Of a stretch of DNA of 64,000 nucleotides, positions 36,559 to 49,419 are shown piece by piece. The stretch is from Antechinus flavipes (Eukaryota): assembly GCF_016432865.1 (NCBI RefSeq), contig NC_067403.1, forward strand, positions 196,912,001-196,976,000. Reading direction: 5' to 3'. Both the position numbers and the translations under genes were made by a program. The notes under the pieces are model-generated. The model was not told the origin of the DNA, made no database searches, and saw only the letters and a list, made by a program, of their open reading frames with translations. The first letter of the stretch is position 1. The number at the start of each line of letters is the position of its first letter.

Positions 36559-36889
36559 ACAAGGGTTACTTTTTATCAATAATGTTCACAACTCCACATT
36601 ATGCAATAGTGAATTATTGCTAAATCAGTGTAGGGCAATTTTAAGAGGTAACATTATTCCTCAGATCAGATTGAATGAAATGAGCAAATATTGAGGCATT
36701 ATTTAAATTTGAAGAGGGAAAAGCTAAAGAACATGAAGGTATTGACAAATCTACAAAGTCTAAAAGAAATAAGGAAATTGCTGGCAAAAACAAAGTCATT
36801 GCTTCCGGGAGATAGATACACTAAGAATGGAATTCCAGTTTGTTTTTGTTTTTTGATTTGACAACATGAATCAATAGATTAACTATACC

Positions 36890-37100
36890 AAAACAAGTCA
36901 ACAAGTCAACAAATACCTTTTAGTTGCCAGGCTCTGTGCTAATTACTGGGAACACAAAACAAGGCAAAAATAGTCCCTGCCCTCAAGGAGCTCATAATCT
37001 AAGAGGAAGAGACAAATGCAAACAATTATGTACAAACAAGAGATATACAGGATAAATTGGAGATAATGTCAGAAGGAGGAAAGCACAGAGTAATTAAGGG
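36890..37100 (-). mobile_element. L2 3' fragment
   Basis: aagtcaacaagtcaacaa...gccaggctctgtgctaa...gtccctgccctcaaggagctcataatc. Confidence 0.75.
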
Positions 37101-37899
37101 AAAAAACTCATTATCTATTATAATCATCATGAATTGATTGCATTCTTCCTCTGTTATTTAACAGACTATAAAAACATTTCAGGATTTGAACCCAATAGTA
37201 TATTCTATAAAAGTTGGCTTGGCAAAGATAATAGAAGGAAGGTTGGAATTGTCTTGGAATATTCCTAAGACTAGGCACCGAATACCATCCTAGCATAGGA
37301 TAACATATTTAGAATTGAAAGGGACCTTAGGAATCAAGTCCAATCCCTCACTTTATAGATAAACAAACTGAGGCATAGAGAAGGTCAAATAACCTGTACA
37401 GAGTTAGATAAACTAGTAAATGCTTGAGGAGTGATTTCAGCTCAAGAGTTCTTGACCTAAATTCTATCCACTACACCACCTAACTACCAAAGTAGCTTGA
37501 GAAAATTATTGAAGACAATAGTTATCAAAAGAACAACTGCCAAAAGACATTGTAAGATAATATCAATATCTGGCACGGCAGAAAACTCAAACATCATGAC
37601 TGCCTGATTAAAGACAATAAAAAAGAATATGTAGAACATATTCTATATAATAGACATAATAGAGAGAACATCAGACATTCTCAATTCTCCTAACAACTGA
37701 AAGTGAAAGTTAAAAGGTTAACTCCTTTACAATTAAAGGAAACCAAAGAACAAAATAAATCAACCTTAACCAAAACCTATATTTCGAGGTTTGAGAAACA
37801 AGGAAATTAGAGAAGAGAGAAAATCCCCAAAGAAGGAAGCTTTGGCTATCAGGGAAACTTTTGCCTATCTGTAAGGTTGAAAATAATCTAATATCACAT

Positions 37900-38460
37900 T
37901 AATGCACTGTTGGTGGAACTGGGAATTCCTATAACCATTCCAGGAAACAATCTGGAATCATGTCAGTTAAAAGAATTAAAATATCCCTATCCTTTGACTC
38001 AGTTTCTGTTGCTAGATACATACCCCCAACAAGGTTGGTGACACAAAGTCCCCACATGCACCAAATATTTATAGTAATACTTTTTTTATGGTAGCAAAGA
38101 ATCAGAAACAAAGTAACGGCCCATTGCTTTGAGGAATGGTTAAAAAATTGTAGTACATGGATTGTAATGGAATTATTCCTGTGCTCTAAGAAATGATGAA
38201 TATGATGAAGACAGAGAACTATGGAAGATTTTACATGAATTGATGCAAGTGAAGAAAGCAGAGCTAGGGAAACAGGATGGCTATAACATAAGACAGTTGT
38301 GTGTAGGAAAAGAACAATACTGCAAAAAAAAACAATAAACCAGTTAAAACTGTGGAATATTAATGACTGAGCTTAGCCCCAAAGAAGACTTATGAATTGA
38401 TGTTTGCTCCTGCTCCTTTGTAGAAGTGGGGGATTCTGGGTGTGGGATATAACTGCAGAT
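37900..38460 (+). mobile_element. Old L1 3' fragment
   Basis: atgcactgttggtggaactgggaattcc...gaaatgatgaatatgatgaa. Confidence 0.7.
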
Positions 38461-38799
38461 AACATCACACTTTAATTTTTGGATATTTTATTTATGTAAT
38501 CTTCCCTTCAGCGTTACTTCCCCAATTCCTTCTAGAATTGTTGGCCCATATCCACAGAGAGCAATTATCCTCCTTACCCTCAGGATTCTATGGGTGTTTC
38601 TACTTTTGTCACTCATAAGCCCCATCCAACATGCTTCCTAGTGATCATCAATTAGCCAGTCACAGTTAATTAGTTTGTGGAACAGGGTATTTACTCAAGT
38701 ATTATAATAAGAACAGTTAGTACAAAGAATAGTTCCCCCAAAATCCTGGGACACATTTTCCCACAGTTAGACACATTATTTCCTTAGAGAAATAATAAT

Positions 38800-39030
38800 G
38801 ACTCACATTTATGTAGTACTACTATGGGTCAGGCTGTGACCTAAATACTTTATAATTATCATCTCATTTGATCCTTGTAACAGCCCTGGGAAGTAGGTGC
38901 TGTTTTATTCCAGGTTTACAAACTAGGAAACTGAGGCAGACAGATTTGTTCTCAGTCACACAGCGAGGGAGTGTTTAAAGCTGCATTTGGACTCTCTTGC
39001 AAACTCCAGACCCAGCTCTCCAGCTGTTTA
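38800..39030 (-). mobile_element. MIR
   Basis: ctcatttgatccttgtaacagccctgggaagtaggtgc...gaaactgaggcagacag. Confidence 0.7.
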
Positions 39031-39456
39031 AGCTGCTGTACTGCTAAGTGGGTTCAAGCTTAGAGACCCCAAGTGGGAAAGCAAGAACTTCCTAGAATTC
39101 CTTCATGCATGCAAGACTCCAGAAGTCTCTGCTGGACTCAGAGGTTGTTGCCCTTGTAGAGTCCTGAAATTGCCTGTCCTTTGTGTGTCCCTACTGCAGA
39201 CCTCTGAGCTGCAGATGCAGACCATCAGCTCCTGCTATTCTGGGGACCCTGCTATTGATGTCAATGAGAAGTCTAAATCTCTAAATTCATAAGTTTATCT
39301 TTTAGTCAAAGTGATGGGGAAGAGAAAGGGTATTCAATCCTCCTTCCCTACAAAGGCAAATTCCCTTGGCTAAAAGTACACTGGCTCATAATGGGAGTCT
39401 CCTTCTAGAAATAGGCTGGTGTATCATACACTGAGTATGGGGTGCCTGATTCTTTT

Positions 39457-39986
39457 TTCTTTCTTTCTTTCTCTAATTGTATTTTATTTTTTCAAATACA
39501 TGCAAAGATAATTTTCGACATTCACCTTTGCAAAATCTTGTGTTCCAAATTTGTCTCCCTCCTTCCCCCTACACAGCTGGCAATCCAATATAGGTTAAAT
39601 ATGTGTTATTCTTACATTTCCATATTCATCATGCTGCTCAAGACAGATCAAAAGGGGAAAAAACATGAGAAAAAAGAATAAACAAACAATATCAACAACA
39701 AAAAGGTGAAAATACTATGTTTTGATCCACCTTCATAGTTCTCTCTGGATGCAGAGGACATTTTCCATTCTAAGTCTATTGGAATTGCCTTGAATCATCT
39801 CCTTGTTGATAAGAGCCAAGGCTATCACCTTGCTCATCATATAATTTTGTTATTTCTGTGCACAATGTTCTCTTAGTTCTGCTCAATTCACTCAGCATCA
39901 ATTGATGTAAGTCTTTCCAGATTTTTCTGAAATCAGTCTGCTCATCTTTTCTTAAAGAACAGTAATATTCCATTACTCTCATATGT
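39457..39986 (-). mobile_element. 5'-truncated L1 with 16-bp TSD
   Basis: TSD ggtg(c/t)ctgattctttt at 39441-39456 and 39987-40002. Confidence 0.9.
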
Positions 39987-40379
39987 GGTGTCTGATTCTT
40001 TTAGCCAATCCTAATTCATTTCCCAAGTGGCAGTCAAATGATTTTATTTAATGGTCAAAGTAATTAATAATTTCCAAGCTGAAAAGAAACTTGTTCACAC
40101 ATAGTTCATAACTTTTATTGATTTCTTCCAATCCCAGGATTGAGGTTTCTGTATCTACCTTTAATTTTGCAGAATTCTTTTTTCCTTATTTCTCTCTATA
40201 TATACTTTATTATAGGATTGCTCTCTGCAAAGGGATAAGCAGAAGAATATAGTGGGAAATATGGGTGATACAAAATAAAAAAATTAACTTAAAATTATTT
40301 AAGATAAAGCATATATTGAATTAAAAGAAGAATACACGCCAAACAAAAATGATGTGAAAACAAAAGAAGACTTACTTTG

Positions 40380-40410
<31 letters not shown>

Positions 40411-43064
40411 AGAGCTACTTAAAGGGAAGCAATTAAAATTCCAGGTTCTCTAAAAAAGTAGAAATTGACAGGTCTCTGTAAGAAGCATAATTATTGGCTC
40501 AAATGCTTCACAGAGGTGCATAAATTACTAGAAAAATATTTTGTCAGCTTCCTTTCTGATATAGGCCCAGTCTTAAGGCTGACAACAGGATTTGTCAAAT
40601 GTAACTGAATGAGGTTTATCTGTTGATAAAGCCTATGGAACAGCTAAGATCTTCTTGTGGAATCAAAAGGCACTCCATGGGCAACATCCATGTAGACTCA
40701 GTCTGTCCACAAAGAAACATTAAAATAATGGCTAAGCCATGCAGATTTTCTTATATAAATGGAAGCATATATAATAGCAATTTAGGATCATGTCATTATC
40801 AAAAGACATTATAGAAAGATTATCCTTAGACAAAATGAATGGATCCATGCAATGAAGTGCTGGAAGCTAGGCAACATATCACCACATGCTGCAAAACTTA
40901 GGGATCTACTAGACAAATAAAAACACAATGAGGTGGCTAGAATTTTATATCAACAACTTTCTAGCATGTATCAAATAGATGACAAATAGATGTCAAATAG
41001 GTGAAAATCTCTATTGTATAAATATAAACCTCCAAATATCCTTGAGAATGTAACAAATTCTATACTGGAATTAGATAGAGCATCATTAGAGATAATTGTT
41101 GCCTACACCTAGTTGCACATAAAATCGACCCATTAAAAACTTTAAGAACAACATTTTAAATAGATGTCACTGTAAGAAGAAAGGAAATAAGCATTTATAT
41201 ATCTATGTGCCAAGGGTTGTGCTAAATACTTTACAATAGTAACTCATGTATTTTAATCTCATGACAATCCTTGAAGTATGTGCTATTATATTCTCACTAT
41301 TTTGTCGTTAAGAAAATTGAACCAAAGAGAGCTTAAATGACTTACCCAGATTCGCATCATTAGTGTCTGACAATCAATTTAAACTTGGATCTTCCCAATG
41401 CCAGGACCAATGCTCTATCCCACTATACCACCAGCTAGCTGCCTTTTTACTAGATACTCATAATTTGTAAAGTACATGAAACCAAAAGCTTTCAAAACAA
41501 AGATCTAGTAGAAGTTAAAATCATGTAGGAAAAGGAAGAGTTACATGACATACCTGTTGTCTTGCCTGCTAGCAGAGTAGGTCCAAAGAAGTTTTCAGTA
41601 AATCTACATAAGATAAACAAACATACCAACACTCTTTTTCAAGTTTAAAAAAGTCATTTATCAGATTACACAATAGTTTACAAAACACCAATAATAACAG
41701 GATAGAGACTTGCCTTTAGATTATTTCTATCTGAATTATATTAAAAATTAGGAAAAGATGAAATGTTGATAACAACAACAATGATATCTTTACATTCTGC
41801 TTTAAGTTTCTCTTGAACAGAACAAATGCCTGGCTATAGTAATTCATAATAATTTAAGGTTTACAAAATTTTTGCCTTACCACAAGCGTACAAAGCAGTG
41901 CAGCTATTATTCCCATTTTGCAGCTTTCCCTTCTCTTTTAAGGCTAAAAGAGAAAAATCCACTTGTCAGAAATCACCCAGATTGTAAACATCAATTTAGG
42001 ATTTTAACTCAAAATGAGATCTCGAGACTTCAGGATCTCATCTTATAATCTTATAATGATTAACTGCTGAGTTTATTAAAAAGGGTTATCTTCTACTTAG
42101 CAGCAAGAAGAGAAGCTTATACCAATTTGGTATTGATTACTAATGAGTTTCAGTATAATATTAATAAGATGAATAAGTTGATTCCACTAAGCTGAGCTCC
42201 ACCTAAAAAAAAAAACTTTTTGGGGGGTTTCTTCCTTAAAATGAGGAAATGCCATTATGGCTTGTGAAATGCTCTGCCATATTTCTACATTCAAAAAGGA
42301 AGAGTGGCTACATAATCTTCACTCCAGACAAACTGGATGGTTCTCTGTCTCCTGAACACACTTTTGCTCAGACTTTTCTGGAATGCCATCCTTTCCCATA
42401 CCCTGCCTGATTTCTATCTATTCTTTAAATGCTATCTCCTGAAGGAAGTCTTTCTAGATGATAACAGGTAGCCTCCCCCACCTCAGACCCTTCAAATACC
42501 CATTTTGTAGGATCATGGAATTATAATTCTAGAGCTAAGGTACTTCAGAAGCATCTAGTTCAAATCTCTCGTTTTATTTATTTTTGTTTCTTTAACAATA
42601 GCTTTTTATTTTCAAAATACATGCAAAGATGGTTTTCAACATTTATCCTTACCAATCCTTATGCTCCAAATTTTTCTCCCTCTCCTAAATTACTTATTTT
42701 AAAGAGGCAGAAAATGAGGTCAAGGTAAGAGTATGAGGTTAGGGCCTTCTGACTCCAGGCCAATCACTCTCTCCACTAAGAAACTTAGCTGCCCATTTAA
42801 ATTTTTAAAAAATTTTATAATTAAGAAGTATTAATTTTATTTCCTTTTCATCTCCCCTCATTTAAAAGAAAAAGAAAAAAAAAGACAAGTCTTATAACAA
42901 ATAGGCATAATAAAGTAAAATACATTTCCAAGTTGTTCATGGCTAGATACGGACAAGATCTGCATCCTGAACCCATCATATCTCTGTCAGAGAGTGGGTA
43001 GTGCATTTCATCATCAATCCTTTGGAATCACATTAACTCACTGCATGGATCAAACTTCTTAGTC

Positions 43065-43265
43065 CAGTGGTTCTCAAACTTTTGATCTCAGAATCTTTAT
43101 ACTACTTAAAATTATTGAGGATATGTCCAAAGAGTTTTTGTTTATGTGTATTATATTTATAGATATTTGCCATATTAGTAATAAAAACTAATTTTGAATT
43201 TGTAGTCCATTTGAATGGGTTTCAAGGACCCCAAGGTTTCTTTGATCACACTTTGAGAACCACTG
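43065..43265. mobile_element. MER33/Charlie1-like hAT MITE inside an old L1 (about 42790-43450)
   Basis: TIRs CAGTGGTTCTCAAA...TTTGAGAACCACTG; 8-bp TSD tcttagtc / tcttagta. Confidence 0.85.
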
Positions 43266-44229
43266 TCTTAGTATTTTAAGCTTCTTTGTCTTTACAGTGT
43301 TGTTACTATTTTGTGCTCTGTTCTCCTGATTCTGTTTACTTTTTTCTGCATCAGTACATACAATTCTTCCTAGGTTTCTTTGAACTCATTCCTTTTGTCA
43401 TTTCTGAAAGCACTGTAGCATTCCATTCTTTTCACATGCCATGATTTTTTTTTCAGCTTTTCTCCATTTGATGGGCTTTTTATTCCCATTACCATATGCA
43501 TTATTGTAATCATTGTGTATAGTATTTTCTTTAATACATTTGTCACATATTACTTTTTATTAGTTATCTGGCCATAAGTCATATCTTCCTATTATCCCTG
43601 GGATGGCTGGTACCTGGTAGTCTTATTTAATCTTTGTATCACCCCCAATGCATATTAAGAGTTCTATGTACAACAGATGCTTAGTCAACAGCTGTTTGAT
43701 TGAATTAAAACCAAGCCCTGGGATGTTATTAGACAAGCCTTGGCAATAAAATAAAGTGATCATTTTTTGCTTGTTTTCTAAACAAACACACCAGGATTTA
43801 AGCACCCTACAGAGTATTCACCTTCAAAGACATCTATTCCCTTAGGGATGGGATGGGTGAAGGCTAAACACTTATTCTTTTATATTATAGTCACACCATT
43901 TTTTCCCCATATTCAGCTCCAAATGGGATTCCCCATTTTTGATCATCCATTGCTTTCAGAGCACTCAACTCAACTCCAATCTAGTAAGTTTGGCTCTTTT
44001 CACAAACCCAATGCATTTTCAAAAGAAAAAGATTTTCTTCTTGGTAGCAGATTCAAAAGAACGTGCTGGAGGCCTTGAAAACATGAAGTAGTAGGATCAT
44101 TCTTATTAAAAACCAGCTCTGTCATATTCCTTCTCTGAACACTTAAAAAAAAAAAGCTATCTCAATAGATCCTTATTTTATCCATAAGGACACTTCTCCC
44201 AATCCAGGGTAGATAATGACCTCTATGAT

Positions 44230-45200
44230 GGATTGTTTTGTCTGCTTCAAAAAAAAAAAATTCATTGCTTTGTGACTTGCATTCTGTTGTTAATTGTTAG
44301 AAAGTTATTCCTCATATCAGAAAAATCTATCTCTCTATAACTACTAACTACTAACCCACCCTTTTTTTCCTTCTCCTTCCCTCTGGGGTCACACAGAATC
44401 AATGTAATCTATCTTCTCTATTACAATCCTTTAATTAATTTGACAAAGCTATCATGCTTCCCCCACATCTTATGTTCTCTAAGAGAAATATCCTGAGTTT
44501 CTCCATCTAATTTTTGTATTGATGATCTTAATCGTCCTTCCCCATTATGGGTGCCTTCCTTTAGACATTCCTTTCATCCTATTAGTATTCTTCCTAAAAT
44601 ATGATGTCCACAAAAGAACATAATGTCCCTGAAAGGGTTTGAGAAGGTACAATCCTTGATGGTTGGCCCCTCAATTCTACCAAATATCACATGAACTTTC
44701 TTGGCCGACATGTCATAATGTTGATTCACGTTGATTTTTTTGATTCTCTGCTAAAAACCAGAGATCTTTTTTCAGACATATGACTGTCTTGTCATATTTT
44801 TTCTGTCTTGTTCTTGTGAAGTTGATTTCTTGGACCTAAATGTAAGACTTTTATATTTATCCCTTCTGAATTTTATCTTTTTAGATTTGGCCCAACATTC
44901 TAAATTTATGAATTTAGATGCTGGACTCTAGTGTTGTCCATCTCTTCTAGCTTTGTCATTTTCAAATTCGGTAAGCATGACATTTATGACTTTTCTCAAG
45001 CTATTGATAAATATGTTAGACAGCAAAGGGTCAAGCACTAATTCCTAACTCACTTTACTAGAAAATTTGTTCCAGTTGACATAGATAGAATCATTACTGA
45101 TTGATCATTCATTTAGCCAATTCAACAAGTTCAGAATCTGACTGATTGCATTATTTTCTCTGCCACATCTCTTCATCCCATTTACAAGAAAAGAATTTTA
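44230..45200 (-). mobile_element. L3/CR1 RT C-terminal region
   Basis: gacctaaatgtaagactttt...tttatcc...tttgtcattttcaaatt...ttgataaatatgttagacagc is the antisense of the CR1 FINDL/IKFADD/KCKVLHLG region. Confidence 0.7.
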
Positions 45201-45329
45201 TCAAATATCTGAATAAAATCTAAAGCAAGCACTTCTATGAAATTTCTCTGATATCCCCTTGGAAGACAAGTAATGCTCTCTTTCTTGCAGAATTTTTGTT
45301 TTTTCCTTAATAAAGAAAGTTTCATATTG

Positions 45330-45455
45330 TAAGTTTCTCCATAAGACTGTAAGCTCCTTGAGGGCAGGGGCTGTCTTGCCTCTTCCTGTATCTCTAGTGC
45401 TTAGGACAATGCCTGGTATATAATAGATTTTAATAAATGTTAATTGATTGATTTC
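45330..45455 (+). mobile_element. L2 3' end
   Basis: agactgtaagctccttgagggcaggggctgtc...taataaatgttaattgattga. Confidence 0.8.
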
Positions 45456-45485
45456 TGTTTTGTTAGCTTTAAAATGTTCAATGGT

Positions 45486-45616
45486 TGGGGGCAGCTAAGT
45501 GACCTGATGGCTAGAGTACCTGAGTTCAAATCTGGCCTCCGACACTTAACATTTCTTAGCTGTGTGACCCTGGGCAAGTCACTTAACCCCAATTGCCTCA
45601 GGAAAAAAAAATTAAT
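45486..45616 (+). mobile_element. WSINE1 with internal deletion
   Basis: TSD ttcaatggt at 45477-45485 and 45617-45625. Confidence 0.85.
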
Positions 45617-45743
45617 TTCAATGGTCCTTCTTCCCTTTCTCCTCTGTGTCACAGATTTCAGTCTTCTGACATAGCTCAGGATTCCTCCTCAGATCCTTTT
45701 CTTTGTTTTGATATTAAAGATTTCTTCTCTCACCCTACCCTCC

Positions 45744-45774
<31 letters not shown>

Positions 45775-47310
45775 GTATTTCATTATTCCTAAAAACCTGG
45801 TATTTCTTGAGTTCCTTTACCCTGACCTCTAGGAAGGAGTCTAGTCTATGCTTTGAACACAAAGAACAGTCCCTTAGCTGGTGCGGAAATACAAAATGCC
45901 AAAGTCTTCTTGCTTTCCATAATTAATGGGAATGAGATCCTTAGTTCTTTGTTCTTGAGAGCAGGTGCCCTGGAAAACTGAAGCCCTCCTGGTTTGGTAG
46001 GCCCTGGCAGAGCTTACTCTTTGTTGACATAGCCCTGAAGAGGCCATGGTTTCTTTAGGCCATTGTGAAGGAGGGGGACAATGAGATAGGAAAGTCAGAA
46101 TCATAGAATTCAGAGTAGGAAGACACATTTAATAACCTGATTTTCCATATAAAAAAGATGCATAAATTATTTTTAATTTTTTAAAATAAATTTTATTGAT
46201 TTTTTTTGTCTGAATTTTCCTCTGTCCTTCTTCTTCCTTCTATATAACAAAGAACTTTTTTAAAGAAAAAAAAAAGGAAAAAAATCTGCAAAACTGATAA
46301 GTATGTAATGATAAATGCAAGTTTCCACATCCTACTAATGTGAAGGAAGGGAAAAGTTTTCTTCTAATATCCATATTGTTAAAGTAACTTGCCTAGGGTC
46401 ACACAGGCAATAAATGATGAAATAAGGACTGGGACATCATGCCCTCTAACTTAAAATCTATTTCTCTTTTCTCTCAATTGGACTTCACTTTGTGCAATAG
46501 TTGAGACCCAGACTTGCTACTCCATCCCCCTTGGGGAGTCTAAATTAACCATTTCTCTATTTCTCTATTTAGAACATATTCTGTCATGGGGCTATAAGCA
46601 TTTCACAAATATGATTTCATTAGTTCCTTTTCTAGTTATAGAGAAGTGGCAAATTGTTACTCACTTGAGAGCACATAGACAGGAGCGCCTTGGGGAACCA
46701 GGGCATTGGGTAAACCAGAACAGAGCAGGGGGGAGGCCTTTGTCTTTGCAAGGGGCCCCAGTAATTACATCATGTAAGAAAATGGAAATAGAATTAATTC
46801 CCTGTATCAGAGTGTAGGCTTTTGGTAGTAAAAATCATTGGTAAATGATATAATTGGCAAATAATATATATGACATAATTGGAAAATCATTAGCACATAT
46901 TATCTTCTCTAAAACCCTATGTGAACTAATCTAGTATATAGACTGGAAAGATTATTTAGTGAAACTAAAGAGGATAAAGTTCCTGAAGAAATGACTTAAT
47001 TGTTAGCAGCTGTGACAAAACTGTCAAGGACCCAAAGCCACTAGAAAGATCTATGTCAGACTGAAGGAAATTAGGCAAGATAGCATTTGTGGGAGATATG
47101 GTGTAAATGATATTAACAAGACAGAATGAAAAGAATACTAAAGTTGGAGTCAAAAGTCCTGAATTCAAATCCCTACCCAAGATCTTAGCTAGAGAGCATG
47201 TGACCTGGGCAAACTCTTTGACCTTTTGGCCCAAGTTTTCTCTTTTGTAAAATGAGGTGACTGGCTCAGATTTCTAAAGTCTATTTTACTTATAAATCAA
47301 ATGATCCTGT

Positions 47311-47547
47311 GAGTGGCAAAAATATAGAAGGGATGGACAGACAGCAAGAACAAGAAACAGCTGATCAGCGATAGGAAACTACTCAATCCTGTGGCAGAAA
47401 AGTAGAAGGGATGGACAGACAGCAAACACAAGGGACAGCTGATCAGCAATGGGGAATCACTCAAATGTTTGAGTGGCAGAAAAGTAGAAGGAATGGACCG
47501 ACAGCAAGAACAAGGGATAGCTGATCAGCGATGGGAAACTACTCAAT
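47311..47547. repeat. About 80-bp tandem repeat, 3 copies
   Basis: gtggcaraaa recurs at 47313, 47391 and 47473; each copy contains gctgatcagc. Confidence 0.9.
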
Positions 47548-47554
47548 TCTCACA

Positions 47555-48350
47555 AAGAAATTGCCTGCCTCCATTTCTTCATCCCCCACTCCCTTCTCCG
47601 TCACTTGCAATCTGTCTTTGGTCCAAGCCTACAGTCTGCTGAAACTGCTCTCTCCAAGGTTACCTAAGATCTCTTAGCTGCTAAGCCTGATGAGCTTTTC
47701 TCAAGTCTGATGAGTTTTCCCTAATCCTCATCCTCCTTGACCTCTTTGCAGCTTCTGACATTGTTAACCCCTCCTTTTTCCTGGATACTCTTCTCCCCTG
47801 GGCTTCCCAGATATTGCCTCCCTCTGTTAACTACCTTGTCAATGGCACCTTTTTGCTGTTTCACCATCCATCTCTTGGACGTTGGACCAGACCATCACTA
47901 TTCTCCCTTCATCTTATTTTTCTTCTCTTTCTCAACTGCCTCCCCCTTGGTGATTTCATCTTCTGGGGAAAGGGGGGAAATGTGTGTCAAATAACATAGA
48001 TATGCAAATCAATCCCAAATCTATATATTCACCTTTATCTATTTTCATGATCATAGCTCTACATGGACAACTGTTTGCTGGACATAACCTCCCAATGTTC
48101 CATTACTCAATATTTCTACAATGGAATCTTTCATCTTCTGCTCTACAGCCTTCCATGTCCCAAGGTTCTCTCTGTCCAGGGCACCACTATAATCCCAATC
48201 ACCTCATAACATTATTGATCTTGTTATCTTTGATTTTTCCCTTGCCCTCATCTTTGCTCTGGTATAGAGATTTTGGAGTCTTTACACCAATTTTTCATTT
48301 GCAAACCAGGTCCTCAAGTGCAAGGCCAGCAATATCCCTCTGAGGGACTA
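47555..48350 (+). mobile_element. L2 ORF2 fragment
   Basis: actgctctctccaaggttacctaagatctc...atcctccttgacctctttgcagcttctgaca. Confidence 0.75.
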
Positions 48351-49268
48351 TAAGATGTTTTCTCTAATGCTATTGTAGGAAATCCTGCTCCCAATCTCTA
48401 CCCCACCTCCCCCAATCAATCTCTCTTACATCATTAATTGACCCAGTGATTATTAATACTCCAATGTCATTTGACTAATTAATATTAATTATTTTTTATA
48501 AAGGAATATTTATTCAGAAAATGTAGTGGGAGGAGATGTTACAGTCTCTCCCCAGGACTGGGAAACACAATCTTCTCCACAATAGTCCCTGGCAAAGTGG
48601 CTACAAAGCATTTGCCCTATGAAGTTCACTTCCAAACGTATCATAACTTCCAAAAAAGTTCCCCCCTTAATATAGAAGCATCTGAGTTGTAGTTGGACCC
48701 CCCTACAGGTTGCCCTTCTTTAGGACTGGCTGCTAGTGAATTCCAGTATGGGCTCTAATTCCTGTTTTTTCAAAATCTCACAAGGCCATATCTTTCCCCT
48801 CATTTTGAATCCTCATTTTTCTAAGCAAAAGAGAGAACAAATGCTTGATTCATTGAGGCTTTGGTGTACATGCACAGTCCTGGATGACAAGGCAGTTGAA
48901 AATCCTTTCCTCACTAGGCAGGAAGGAGACAGCAAACCATCCCAGAATGCCTATCTATGCTCTGAAGGATGAAGGCGGGCCTCTTCTCCCCAGGTTATCA
49001 GCCCCTGCCAGAAGCAGGCTCTCCCACGGGCAGGCTCCTCGGGCTGAATCCTCATGGGCCAGCTCCACGTCACAGACGCACTTGCCAAACTGTGCCATCT
49101 CTCACATCTGCTCTTTTCTCTTTGTTCACAAAGCTTCAGCCCTAATACAGGCCCTTTTCCCCTCTTGAGTGGATGACTCCGAGTCTCCTAATTCTTCCTC
49201 CCATTTCCAGGCTCTGCTCTTCTGGGATCCATCCTCCACATAGCCACATAGCATCCATCCACACTCCA

Positions 49269-49396
49269 GCCCTGAAGTCAGGAGGACCTGAGTTCAAATC
49301 TGGCTTCAGACACTTAACATTTCCTAGCTGTGTGACCCTGGGCAAGTCACTTAATCCCAATTGCCTCCACAAAATAAAATAAAATAAAAAATAATA
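49269..49396 (+). mobile_element. 5'-truncated WSINE1 with (TAAAA)n tail
   Basis: TSD atccacactcca at 49257-49268 and 49397-49408. Confidence 0.9.
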
Positions 49397-49419
49397 ATCC
49401 ACACTCCATCTCTCTGTTA

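Noticed and set aside
44040-44100. Minus-strand exon-like segment (ttttcaag|GCCTCCAGCACG)
   Set aside because: ggcctccagcacgtt resembles an RTE 3' remnant, and all frames close quickly.
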